From: Eledone cirrhosa
Taxonomy: Eukaryota
Assembly (NCBI GenBank): GCA_964016885.1
Contig: OZ024742.1
Coordinates: 11,594,001 to 11,658,000, forward strand
Direction: 5' to 3'
Length of the DNA: 64,000 nt
Shown here: positions 52,116 through 64,000 of the stretch, piece by piece
How positions within the stretch are numbered: position 1 is the first letter of the stretch
How the letters are laid out: every line of letters begins with the position of its first letter
Notes under the pieces: generated by a model
What the model was told of the DNA's origin: nothing
Databases searched by the model: none
What the model saw: the letters and a program-made list of their open reading frames with translations, nothing else
Program-made: the position numbers and the translations under genes

Positions 52116-52250
52116 GAGTGACAAAGGCAGAGAGAATTCTATAAACAAGTTCAAATTGGGGTGCCACTCCTTATTTAAGAGAAACTTAAAAATAAGGAGT
52201 GGCAGCCCAACTTGAACTTGTTTATAGAAATCTTTCTGCCTTTGTCACTC
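52116..52250. repeat. ~135-bp hairpin with ~60-bp arms
   Basis: GAGTGACAAAGGCAGA...GCCACTCCTTATTT pairs with AAATAAGGAGTGGC...TCTGCCTTTGTCACTC. Confidence 0.92.
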
Positions 52251-52394
52251 CAAGGTTGTAGCTTCCTGGATGGTGGAGATAATATTTTATTGAGGGTAAT
52301 ACAAAGTTATTAGTAATGTCCGCAAAGTTGAAAAGATAACGGTTTATTTAAATTAAACTATTGGAAGAAGAGGATATGTAATGGAGAGAGAAGA

Positions 52395-52628
<234 letters not shown>

Positions 52629-53023
52629 CCGGGATATACAGATAAACCACATAACCACATAACCACATAACTATTGATATACAAGCATATGTAGATATAT
52701 AGAAATTCAGACAACGCTACTGATGCTAATCATATAATTTCGTTTTTATATCCAATGAAGTCTTCCATATTAGTTAAGGACGATTTAATTTGCAATGCTT
52801 CTATTAAATTGTTTACGGTTCCGTCGAAGTCTATTGCTGATAAACTTTACATTTACATCATATATAATAAGGGCATAAATATATTTAACCAATACCATCG
52901 CCCTTAATCAAATCATACATATTTACTCATTGATGCATTCAACTATCGATTGATCTTACAGCTTAAGATTCTTCATGATTAATGCAATCATTGTTGTTGG
53001 AAAGTGTTTATACGGTTGTGACC

Positions 53024-53820
53024 GTGTGTATGTGTGTGTGAGAGTGTGTGTGTGAGCGTGTCTGCGTGTGCGTGTGCCTGTGTGGGTTTTAATATGTGTG
53101 TGTATGTGTGTGTGTGTGTGTGTGTTTATGTGGGTGTGTGTGTTTGTCTGTCTGTATGTCTGTGTGTGTGTGTGTCTGTGTGGGTGTGTGTCTGTGTGTA
53201 TGTGTATGTGGGTGTGTGTGTGTCTGTGTGTGTGTCTGTGAGGGTGTGAGTGTGTCTCTGTGTGTGTATGTGTGCGAGTGTGTGTATGTGTGTGTATGTG
53301 TGTGTGTATGTCTGTTTGGATGTCTGTGTGTGTGTGTCTGTGTGGGTTTTCGTGTGTCTGTGTGTGCGAGTTTGTGCGTGTGTGTATATGTGTGTGTGTA
53401 TGTCTGCGTGTGTCTCTGTGTGTATGTGAGTATGTCTGTGTGGGTGTGAGTGTGTCTGTGTGTGTGAGTGTGTGTGTATATATGTGTGAATGTGTATGGG
53501 TATGTGTATGTCTCTGTGTGTGTGTATGAGAGTGTGTCTGTGTGTGGGTAGTCATTATTTGGGCAAATGGTAATTCGATGGATTTAGACATTTCCTATAT
53601 ATGTGTTTGTCTTTGTATGTGTATGTATGTGTGTTTGTGTATGCGTGTATGCTGGTGTGTGTATATGTGTGTGTATGTATGTGTGTGCGTGGGTGTATAT
53701 ATATCTATGTATGTGCGTGTATAAGTATGTGTGTGTGTAGATGTGTGCATGTGTACGTCTGTGTGTTTGTGTATGTTTGTATGCGTGTGTATGTGTGTGT
53801 GTTTGTATGTATGTGTGTGT
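53024..53820. repeat. Degenerate (TG)n low-complexity tract
   Basis: Direct reading; interrupted at ~53550-53600. Confidence 0.95.
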
Positions 53821-54095
53821 AGTAATTGGTCAAATGTTAACTATGTATTTCAACATTTCCTACACTTGGTTTTGATTTCTCTTTCAAGACTCTCCAATTT
53901 ACTTCCACCATTTTTAACCCCAGGAAAACTATGAACCTTCTAAATCCTGTTTCTTCCTCAAATATTCTGTTTCTTGTGTAACTCTGGCTCAACAATGATT
54001 CACACATACGATCAGCGACGTTCCAACCTTGACCATCCCGTGTTTTAAAGACACTTACGACTATAATATTCAATATATTATTTCCGTATTTAAGA

Positions 54096-54097
<2 letters not shown>

Positions 54098-54155
<58 letters not shown>
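54098..54155. repeat. (CTA)n microsatellite
   Basis: About 19 perfect units. Confidence 0.97.
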
Positions 54156-54158
<3 letters not shown>

Positions 54159-54209
54159 GTGGTAAATTTTGTCTTCATCCATCCAAGTAAATATATGTGC
54201 AAGTGTGTG

Positions 54210-54246
<37 letters not shown>

Positions 54247-54444
54247 TTAAGTCGTTTGGAAGCCTCGACAATGCAAATGGGTAAATCTCCGGGTAACAAG
54301 ATCCGGTGGTGGAGAGAGAGATGTAAGTGGGTGTACGTTGAGATGCGTGGTGTGTATAAGATGTGTAAGATGTGTAGAAGAATGAAGGGAAGAGTATAAA
54401 GGATAAAATAAAAATAACAACACAAGCGAAAATATGAGTGGATC

Positions 54445-56519
54445 TTGTCGAAACGCCGCAACGAGAACATCGACACTAACGAACAGACGGACCAGAACCA
54501 CGTGGTAAACAACAACTTAACAACCGCCACCGCCGCATCCACCAACACCGAGCCATACCTCAACGATGCGACGCACCTGGTCACCGACCTAACCGGCACT
54601 CTCACGAGCGACGAGCTGAAACTCCTACACCTCGGACCCAAGTTCATCGTCTCACAACGTCTCGACGACAGACTCAAACTCAACATCGAGGCCAACTTTT
54701 GTCGAGCCGCTTACCAACTTAAATGGGTGACCGCCATCAACAGCGCCACAGAAATTAACAGCGCCCACGAAACCCACCCCAAGTTCCCCACTTACCACCC
54801 CGACAACCCACTCTACCCCCCAGCCACCAACCACGAACTCGACACTAAACTCATCAGGCTAAAACACTCCATCTCGGATATACTTCACAAACACACACAC
54901 ACACGCACAACACATAACCTCACCAAATCTCAACTCACCACTCTCTCCAACCTAAAATCGAAGAACCTCATCTATCTCCCCTCCGACAAGGGAAAAGAAT
55001 TCTGCGTCATCAGCAGAGAGGCCTACAACACCCTGGCCCTCCAACACCTTGACGATGACAACCTCTACTCCAAGGTCACGGGAATCACTCCCGCGCAGAT
55101 AGAAGAGCACTTCAACGCCGCCTGGACCAACATCTGCGACCGGCGGAAGCTCCCGAAGAAGCTGAAATACAACCTCCTCACGAGGAACAGCAGACTACCC
55201 GCCTTCTACCACCTCGTGAAAACACACAAACAGGGACCCGACCTGAAGATCAGGCCCATCGTATCGAGCGTGGAGGGACCACTCTACAAAATTTCATGGC
55301 TCCTAGCCAGAATACTCAAACCCATCTTAGACACCTTGCCGGGACACGTTAACAGCTCCGAGGAGGTGTTGAAGCGCCTGCATCAAATGGATCCCGACAC
55401 CAGAAGGAATAACAGATATGCCTTCAGCCTTGATGTAGGCGCTCTCTACACCTTGGTCCCGGCACTCCCGGCCGTCAATATACTGATGGAACGCGTCCAA
55501 TCCACCGACCTATACTGCTTCAGGCTCACCACCACTGACATCCACCAACTCCTATCCATCGTCGTCGACAACACCTACGGATTCCTTGATCAAACATACC
55601 AACAAACCTCGGGATTGCCCATGGGATCAAGCCTATCAGGTGTGCTAGTGATCTCTTACATAGACAACCTCGAACGCAAGGCACTCAACGCCTGCCACCC
55701 CAACGCCGTAGCCTTTTTCTCAAGGTACGTGGACGATATCATCATCCTCACATCTTCCCAAGACACGGCGAACAGAATCTATGAGACGTTCAACAACACG
55801 GACGAGAACATTGATTTCAGTGTTGAACACCCCAACGAAGACGGGTCACTTGCCCTCCTCGACTTCCGAATCAACATCACAGAACAGGGAAGGATCCACT
55901 GCAACTTCTACAGAGAGGCAGCCTGCAGGGACCTGTTCGTTCACTACAAGTCCGCCCTCCCTAACAGTGCCAAAAGAGGATACATCACGAACGAGATCGC
56001 GCGAATCAAAAACAGATGCAGCGATCCCGCGAGTGGTGTCACTCATACCAAGCGATTCCTCGAGGTGCTTGAGACAAACGGGTACCCTACCTCGATCACA
56101 GACAGAATAGGAGACACCAGACACAAGAGACAGAGAGGCACCCAAGGCAAGTGCTTCCTTAAAATGCCACACCTGGGCGAAAATACCACCAACGCTATCC
56201 GCAAGGCTATACGGAGGGACGGCCTCGACAACCACCCGTCGTGTATAAGATAGAATGTGACAAGTGAAACCAATACTACATAGGTAGCTCAATCCGACCT
56301 TTGCACATCCGGATCAAGGAACACACTAAAACCAGGGCCTCGTCTTTCCGGAAACACATAGACAAATGCGGAAACAAAGACGGAAGGCCCATTGTCACAA
56401 TTCTAGCGACTGAAAGAAACGTCGGCACGTTACGTATCAAGGAAGCACTTTTTATCAAACGCCTGCAACCGCAAATAAACAACCGATCAGAGGGAAGCGA
56501 AATGAGATGGCTGGTTTAA
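54445..56519 (+). pseudogene. Penelope-like RT + GIY-YIG endonuclease, disrupted
   Basis: RT motifs: LGPKF, PSDKG, FYHLVKTHK, IRPIV, SLDVGALYT, GLPMGSSLS, RYVDD (55726-55737), LDFRI. After a frameshift or deletion at ~56235, another frame reads VVYKIECDK*NQYYIGSSIRPLHIRIKEH...IKEALFIKRLQPQIN (56238-56519), with TGA at 56265 replacing an expected Cys. Confidence 0.92.
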
Positions 56520-56930
56520 GTTAACAAACGATGCACCAACACACAACACACGCACACACACACACACACACACACAAACGAGACAACTATACACACACAC
56601 GCACACACACACAGTAGCATTCCACCATGCGAACATACTACACTGCCAATACAGAGGAACAAGGCAACAACAAACGCACACACACACACACACTCAAGCG
56701 AGACAACAGCACACGCACACACACACAGTAACATTTAACAAACAGGCAGAGAATGGACTGACAGCTAGCGCCACCCCACTCCCTCATTCGGCCGCTGACC
56801 TCTGCCCGACCGACCCCATTTCACGCGCACGCGCGCTCTGCCAAATACCTCAGATATTCAAAACAACAAACAGCGGAGGACGCGTTTCGCACCTGTCCGA
56901 CACACAACCTTTCCCCCACCCCGGAAAAAA

Positions 56931-56966
56931 CCCCAGTTGATGGATGTGAATCCGAAATATATAGGG
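56931..56966 (+). ncRNA. Degenerate minimal hammerhead in the Penelope 3' pLTR
   Basis: CCC-CAGTTGA-TGGAT-GTGA-ATCC-GAAATATATA-GGG. Stems are intact but the core differs from CTGATGA at two positions. Confidence 0.55.
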
Positions 56967-57206
56967 ACTATTAAATCTCTCCCATGGTAACTCTCTCTTG
57001 TGTTGTTATTTTTATTTTATCCTTTATACTCTTCCCTTCATCCTCTACACATCTTACACATCTTATACACACCACGCATCTCAACGTACACCCACTTATA
57101 TCTCTCTCTCCACCACCGGAGATTTACCCATTTGCATTGTCGAGGCTTCCAAACGACTTAAAGATATTTACTTATTATTCCACAATGCTTCAAGCAAACT
57201 TCAATA

Positions 57207-57265
<59 letters not shown>

Positions 57266-57394
57266 GTGGAACACTGGAAGGTAATATCCGTAGTGGTAGA
57301 GCACTTAGTCCAAGGGACGAGTTAGGTAGAAATGGTTACACAACAGTTAGTTGTGTAACTGTTGTGTAACCACTTATATATATATATATATATA

Positions 57395-59834
57395 TAAACG
57401 GAAAAAATGAAACGAAATTTCATTTCCCACTCTTAGTACGGCTGTTACTTAAATATAAGTATGTACACGTACATACATATATGTATACAGACGTACAGTA
57501 TTAGTTATATATATATACATACATGCACACATATATATATGTACGTATGGATTCACCGAACATTTATTATAATGCTCGGTGTGTTTGTAAACAAACATCC
57601 CGTATTAAGCCGTAGTGTCTAGCAACCATCGTTGCTCGTTTGTTAAACACTGACAAAGAAACGCTGTACTAGTTTCAAGCTTATTAGCTATCGTCAGCAA
57701 CGTATACCTTCCTGTCAGATTGTTGAACGTATATACTTACCTTATGCATATTAACGGCTGAGTAGCCCAATTTGCATATCGAGTGGGTTAATCGGCCGAG
57801 TGCACCGAAAACGATAAACGGAAAAAATGAAACGAAATTTCATTTCGCACTCTTAGTACGGCTGTTACTTAAATATAAGTATGTACACGTACATACATAT
57901 ATGTATACAGACGTACAGTAGCATGTATATATATATACATACATGCACACATATATATATATGTACGTATGGATTCACCGAACATTTATTATAATGCTCG
58001 GTGTGTTTGTAAACAAACATCCCGTATTAAGCCGTAGTGTCTAGCAACCATCGTTGCTCGTTTGTTCAACACTGACAAAGTAACGCTGTACTAGTTTCAA
58101 GCTTATTAGCTATCGTCAGCAACGTATACCTTCCTGTCAGATTGTTGAACGTCTGAAAGTATATACTTACCTTATGCATATTAACGGGTGAGTAGCCCAA
58201 TTTGCATATCGAGTGGGTTAATCGGCCGGGTGCACCGAAAACGATAAACGGAAAAAATAAAACAAAATTTCATTTCCCACTCTTAGTACGGCTGTTACTT
58301 AAATATAAGTATGTACACGTACATACATATATGTATACAGACGTACAGTAGCATGTATATATATATACATACATGCACACATATATATATATGTACGTAT
58401 GGATTCACCGAACATTTATTATAATGCTCGGTGTGTTTGTAAACAAACATCCCGTATTAAGCCGTAGTGTCTAGCAACCATCGTTGCTCGTTTGTTCAAC
58501 ACTGACAAAGTAACGCTGTACTAGTTTCAAGCTTATTAGCTATCGTCAGCAACGTATACCTTCCTGTCAGATTGTTGAACGTATATACTTACCTTATGCA
58601 TATTAACGGCTGAGTAGCCCAATTTGCATATCGAGTGGGTTAATCGGCCGAGTGCACCGAAAACGATAAACGGAAAAAATGAAACGAATTTTCATTTCGC
58701 ACTCTTAGTACGGCTGTTACTTAAATATAAGTATGTACACGTACATACATATATGTATACAGACGTACAGTAGCATGTATATATATATACATACATGCAC
58801 ACATATATATATATGTACGTATGGATTCACCGAACATTTATTATAATGCTCGGTGTGTTTGTAAACAAACATCCCGTATTAAGCCGTAGTGTCTAGCAAC
58901 CATCGTTGCTCGTTTGTTCAACACTGACAAAGTAACGCTGTACTAGTTTCAAGCTTATTAGCTATCGTCAGCAACGTATACCTTCCTGTCAGATTGTTGA
59001 ACGTCTGAAAGTATATACTTACCTTATGCATATTAACGGGTGAGTAGCCCAATTTGCATATCGAGTGGGTTAATCGGCCGGGTGCACCGAAAACGATAAA
59101 CGGAAAAAATAAAACAAAATTTCATTTCCCACTCTTAGTACGGCTGTTACTTAAATATAAGTATGTACACGTACATACATATATGTATACAGACGTACAG
59201 TAGCATGTATATATATATACATACATGCACACATATATATATATGTACGTATGGATTCACCGAACATTTATTATAATGCTCGGTGTGTTTGTAAACAAAC
59301 ATCCCGTATTAAGCCGTAGTGTCTAGCAACCATCGTTGCTCGTTTGTTCAACACTGACAAAGTAACGCTGTACTAGTTTCAAGCTTATTAGCTATCGTCA
59401 GCAACGTATACCTTCCTGTCAGATTGTTGAACGTCTGAAAGTATATACTTACCTTATGCATATTAACGGGTGAGTAGCCCAATTTGCATATCGAGTGGGT
59501 TAATCGGCCGGGTGCACCGAAAACGATAAACGGAAAAAATAAAACAAAATTTCATTTCCCACTCTTACTACGGCTGTTACTTAAATATAAGTATGTACAC
59601 GTACATACATATATGTATACAGACGTACAGTAGTAGAGTAGTACAGTGTTGAACAAACGAGCAACGATGGTTGCTACACTACGGCTTAATACGAGATGTT
59701 TGTTTACAAACACACCGAGCATTATAATAAATGTTCGGTGAATCCATACGTACATATATATATGGGTGCATGTATGTATATATATATAGATACTACTGTA
59801 CGTCTGTATACATATATGTATGCCCGTGTACATA

Positions 59835-59840
<6 letters not shown>
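57395..59840 (-). mobile_element. Tandem array of ~5.25 hammerhead-containing 420-430-bp units (non-LTR retrozyme-like) with an inverted terminal segment (59644-59840)
   Basis: Units start at 57395, 57815, 58245, 58667, 59097 and 59527 (partial). Identical family-3 hammerheads lie on the minus strand at 57661-57703, 58083-58125, 58513-58555, 58935-58977 and 59365-59407. (TA)n on both flanks; no meaningful ORF. Confidence 0.88.
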
Positions 59841-59863
<23 letters not shown>

Positions 59864-59868
<5 letters not shown>

Positions 59869-60679
59869 AATAATGGAGCTGCGGCGTTGCAAATGGGTTA
59901 CATATGAAAAAGTAAGTCCTTCATCAGTGGCCATCCAACCGTCGTAGGCATTTCATCGCTTTAAGGGCCATATACCTCGGTTGGTGCGAACAACGGCTAA
60001 AAAAAGTCGTTGGGACACGTAAATAAAGGGGACGTTAGGGTGAACAAACAAAATGGTTTAAGCAACAGAAAGGGAGAAGAAAGAGACAAGTCCCAGATTT
60101 CTATGAATATAAACTCGGTGAAATCGTGAACGAGAGAATAAAGACCATCAAACCTGGTTGAAATGTGAGCAAGAAAGGAATTTCGCACAGGTGTAACGGG
60201 GGGAAGAAGAAGGGGTCTGGTCTGCGAATTCGGTAAACATAAGTTCTGTGAAGTCGCAGACGAGAGAGAGAGAGAGAAAAATTCATACCGGCTTGGCCAA
60301 GAGCGCGCGAGAAAAGAAATCGGACAGGTCAAACGGGAAGAAAGAGGAGGAAAGAGGAGGAGGAGGAAAGGTAGTGACAGAGAATGAGTGAGTGAAGGGT
60401 GAGGTGAGGAAGAGGCTAACAGAGAGAGAGACTGCTAGAAAGGGTAAAGATACAAAGAACGAAACAGACGGGTGGCAGCAGAGGAAAAATATGTGTAAAT
60501 ATGATAATAATGGAGCTGCGGCGTTGCAAATGGGTTACATATGAAAAAGTAAGTCCTTCATCAGTGGCCCTCCAACCGTCGTAGGCATTTCATCGCTTTA
60601 AGGGCCATATACCTCAGGTTAGTGCGAACAACGGCTAAAAAAAGTCGTTGGGACACGTAAATAAAGGGGACGTTAGGGT
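59864..60679. repeat. ~815-bp element bounded by ~178-bp direct repeats (59864-60041, 60501-60679) within (TA)n
   Basis: ATGATAATAATGGAGCTGCGG...GACGTTAGGGT is repeated at a 637-bp offset; the interior is purine-rich. Confidence 0.9.
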
Positions 60680-60709
60680 ATATATATATATATAATTCAA
60701 GAAAGAAGA

Positions 60710-60753
<44 letters not shown>

Positions 60754-61149
60754 TACCAATATGTACACATGCACACATACACACACCGAGACAGACAGAC
60801 AGACAGACAGACACACACACTCACACACACGCACACACACATATATATATATATCAATATTGATCCTTATTTCTCTTAGTTTCACTAATGATCACAGAAG
60901 TAATAGAGTATTCCTATATTTCGACTTATCTTCCAATTCTTATGTGACCTTTTGAAGACGATATTGGCGACTAGTGTAAGGTCACGTAGAAAATATTTAT
61001 TTATTCAGGAAACTGACGCAAGCTTTACTAATTTGATATATTTCTAATATAAATGTCGTCATGACTGTTGTTGTTATTGTTGTTGACACTCAGTTCAGGC
61101 CTGCTTTTGTAGACTTATGATCAAAGATGCTCCAGCTGTGACCAAGCAA

Positions 61150-61310
61150 CTTATACATACATATATACCTAACTACTTATATATATACATATATACTTAC
61201 ATACATATATACCTAACTACCTATATATATATATATATATACATATATACTTACATGCATATATACCTAACTACCTACATATACATACATATATACTTAC
61301 ATACACATGT
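61150..61310. repeat. Minisatellite with core ATATACCTAACTAC (three variable-length units)
   Basis: Core at ~61163, ~61207 and ~61261. Confidence 0.8.
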
Positions 61311-61451
61311 AGGTACGTATGTGTAGGCATGCATACATATTTACACACACTCACATACACATACACACATACACACACACATATATATATATATATACGT
61401 ATACACACAGCCTCATACATACATGCTTACTACATGTATATATATATAAGT

Positions 61452-61867
61452 ATGGTGGTGGCTGCCAATTCGTTTTCGAGTACGGCCACTACTTTATATC
61501 CATGTAGGAGAACCCCTACCGATGCGCTGAACGAGTGTGACTTTTTAGTCCAGCCAGTGACTTGAAAACTCTGGTACAAACACTACACTTGTGACAATTA
61601 TTGACACATAGTGCTGGGCCCATGGTACCCTGTGATGACAAGTGCAGAGAGATCTCCAGATATAAAGCAATGCCTGTGCCGTGAAGCTTTTATAGTGAGC
61701 AAAGGCACCGCACAAAGCCAGTCCCACTCTCTTAAACAAGATGATATTTACCAAAAAGAAGAAAAAGTCAACATCATTGGATACCATCAGGGTTGCAGGT
61801 GTTATATTAGAGTTTTCCTTCTCCTAGAATTCTGCCTTGACAAAGGCTAAGGGGTCATCTCTCCCGG
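61452..61867. repeat. Third, truncated copy of the ~600-bp interspersed repeat (same orientation as 50857-51460)
   Basis: Matches about 50857-51269; ends at CTCTCCCGG followed by AT repeats. Confidence 0.93.
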
Positions 61868-62167
61868 ATATATAAGTATACATACATACATACATAATGG
61901 AACAGTAAAAATATGTAAAACATTCCAAAAAGTTTGCATCTAATAACTGCATATACACATGTACAGAAACAAAATGTATACATATGCACACATACAACTC
62001 AAAACATACACATCCACACATACAATAACATCCATATCTACACATGCATACATACATACCTACCTAGTTGATGTTGTGTAAATTCCAATGAGAGTGTCTT
62101 GTGTCTATATTAGAAACCGACTCTCTCTCTATTGGTAAAACTTTGTGAAATTATAAAACCAGAAGAA

Positions 62168-62368
62168 CATACATATATACATACTGACATACATATATAC
62201 ATACATGCTGACTTACATACATACTGACATACATATATACATACATACATACATACATACATACATACATACATACATACATACATACATACATGCTGAC
62301 ATACATATATACATGCATACATACATGCTGACATACATACGTATGTATGTATGTATGTATGTATGTAT
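62168..62368. repeat. (CATA)n/(TATG)n tetranucleotide tract
   Basis: Direct reading; orientation flips at ~62340. Confidence 0.93.
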
Positions 62369-62681
62369 CACGATATTTAATGTCTATCACCTTTATATAA
62401 ACCAAGCAAGACGTGAATATAACTGTACATTTGTCTAAACATTTACGATGACTCGTCCACGATGTAATTGTATCGAGAAGTTAACATCACATTTAGTCCT
62501 ATTTCCCATCCTTTCTTGCTTTAATGGGGCCAGCCATTTCCATCGGTCGTAACAAACCCCAGACGGTGGAATGACTTTTTCAACACATCTTTACAGTCAG
62601 AATTCAAATAATGCCTTCGTGGTTTTTAATCTAACAGAGCTACGAAACATTTACAATTAAATTATTAATGCACATAATAAT

Positions 62682-62833
62682 TGTTTCTATGTTAGGCACT
62701 GGTACTTTATTTTATCGACCCCGTAAGGATGAAAGGCAAAGTTAACCTCGGCAGGATTTGAACTCAGATAAAGGGACGTAACTATGCTGGAAAGCATGTC
62801 CGACCCTCTACCGATACTGCCAATTCACCGCTC
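62682..62833 (-). mobile_element. tRNA-derived SINE with a 16-bp target-site duplication
   Basis: TAATGCACATAATAAT at 62666-62681 and 62834-62849. Minus-strand A box TGGCAGTATCGG and B box GAGTTCAAATCC; same family as 47231-47548. Confidence 0.88.
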
Positions 62834-63184
62834 TAATGCACATAATAATGTTTAGAGAATATAATCATTTCATTTTAATCACATTTACGTTGAACTTTAA
62901 ATATCCATAATCTTAAATAACGAGTATGGGCAGACGACATCGTTATTCTGGCCAACCATCGAAACCAATCGACTGTTTTCGAATGTTCGTGTGGAAATCA
63001 AACTACTTATTTATATCGCTTATAATCGCTTGGAAAACATGAAGCAACGATTACAATGATTACGAAGTTTGGGGGTAGATACATGTTGTATTATGGACTC
63101 TATATATATGTAGTGGCATAATGGCTTTCTTTCTATTTGTCTATGTATATGATTACACGTAGGCACGGATAGATTATATTATGT

Positions 63185-63630
<446 letters not shown>

Positions 63631-63734
63631 GGGTGGGGAGGGTGGCGGGACAGAAAGAGAAAAAGGAAGAGACAGACACAATAAAAATACAAACCTATTT
63701 ATAGCTGTATGAGGGTATTGTTCGTAAGTGACAA

Positions 63735-64000
63735 CATATATACACGCCACCACATATATTTATATACACAAATACAGCATATATACACACCACCACATAT
63801 ATTTATATACATAAATACACCATATATGCACACCACCACATATATTTATATACATAAATACACCATATATGCACACCACCACATATATATATGTACACAC
63901 CACCACATGTATTTATATACATAAATACACCATATATACACACAACCACATGTATTTATATACATAAATACAGCACATATACACACCACCACATATAATT
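63735..64000. repeat. 43-bp minisatellite
   Basis: CACCACATATAT recurs at 63748, 63791, 63834 and 63877. Confidence 0.88.

Larger units (their letters stand above)
54241..57167 (+). mobile_element. Penelope-like retroelement with an inverted 5' partial pLTR (54241-54426) matching the 3' end (56997-57167)
   Basis: ATATCTTTAAGTCGTTTGG...CAACACAAG is the reverse complement of CTTGTGTTG...CGACTTAAAGATAT (left copy has a 14-nt insertion). These repeats enclose an RT + GIY-YIG coding region; (TA)n lies on the left flank. Confidence 0.92.

Noticed and set aside
53830-54080. Possible host exon in unique sequence
   Set aside because: An acceptor-like TTTTTAACCCCAG exists, but there is no recognisable peptide or convincing donor.
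62445-62590. Possible minus-strand exon (CVEKVIPPSGVCYDRWKWLAPLK...)
   Set aside because: An open frame with AG/GT ends is present, but the polypyrimidine tract is weak and no homology is recognised; it would need RNA-seq support.
62930-62975. CAGACGA...CGAAAC as a decayed hammerhead
   Set aside because: The putative stem II strands are not complementary.

Overview
This is repeat-dominated eukaryotic (animal) DNA with no recognisable host protein-coding gene. The SINE types and dense (TA)n/(CA)n tracts resemble octopus-like cephalopod genomes (recall/inference). Layout: (1) 1-34.8 kb is a giant strand-asymmetric satellite of GGT(GTT)2-3ATT units with nested 2.3-kb and 11-12-kb higher-order duplications; its minus strand reads as a mucin-like PITT(T) polymer. 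(2) 34.8-45.85 kb holds five head-to-tail Tx1/L1-type LINE copies, each ending in AATAAA plus a 12-nt tandem tail of 0.12-0.89 kb; the last four form a 2074-bp tandem array. (3) 45.9-47.05 kb is an inverted AAC/ACC block related to the giant satellite. (4) 47-64 kb is microsatellite-rich and contains tRNA-derived SINEs, a decayed Penelope-like element (RT + GIY-YIG) and several fold-back repeats. It also has ten intact-looking minimal type I hammerhead ribozyme motifs from four unrelated sequence families, including a five-unit 422/430-bp retrozyme-like tandem array. The strongest candidate systems are the (TA)n-inserted, hammerhead-carrying, 5'-inverted non-autonomous retroelements beside a Penelope element, and the LINE with long subfamily-specific 12-mer tails. 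Nearly all long ORFs in the supplied track are low-complexity artefacts. All structures were paired by eye; no folding or database search was run.
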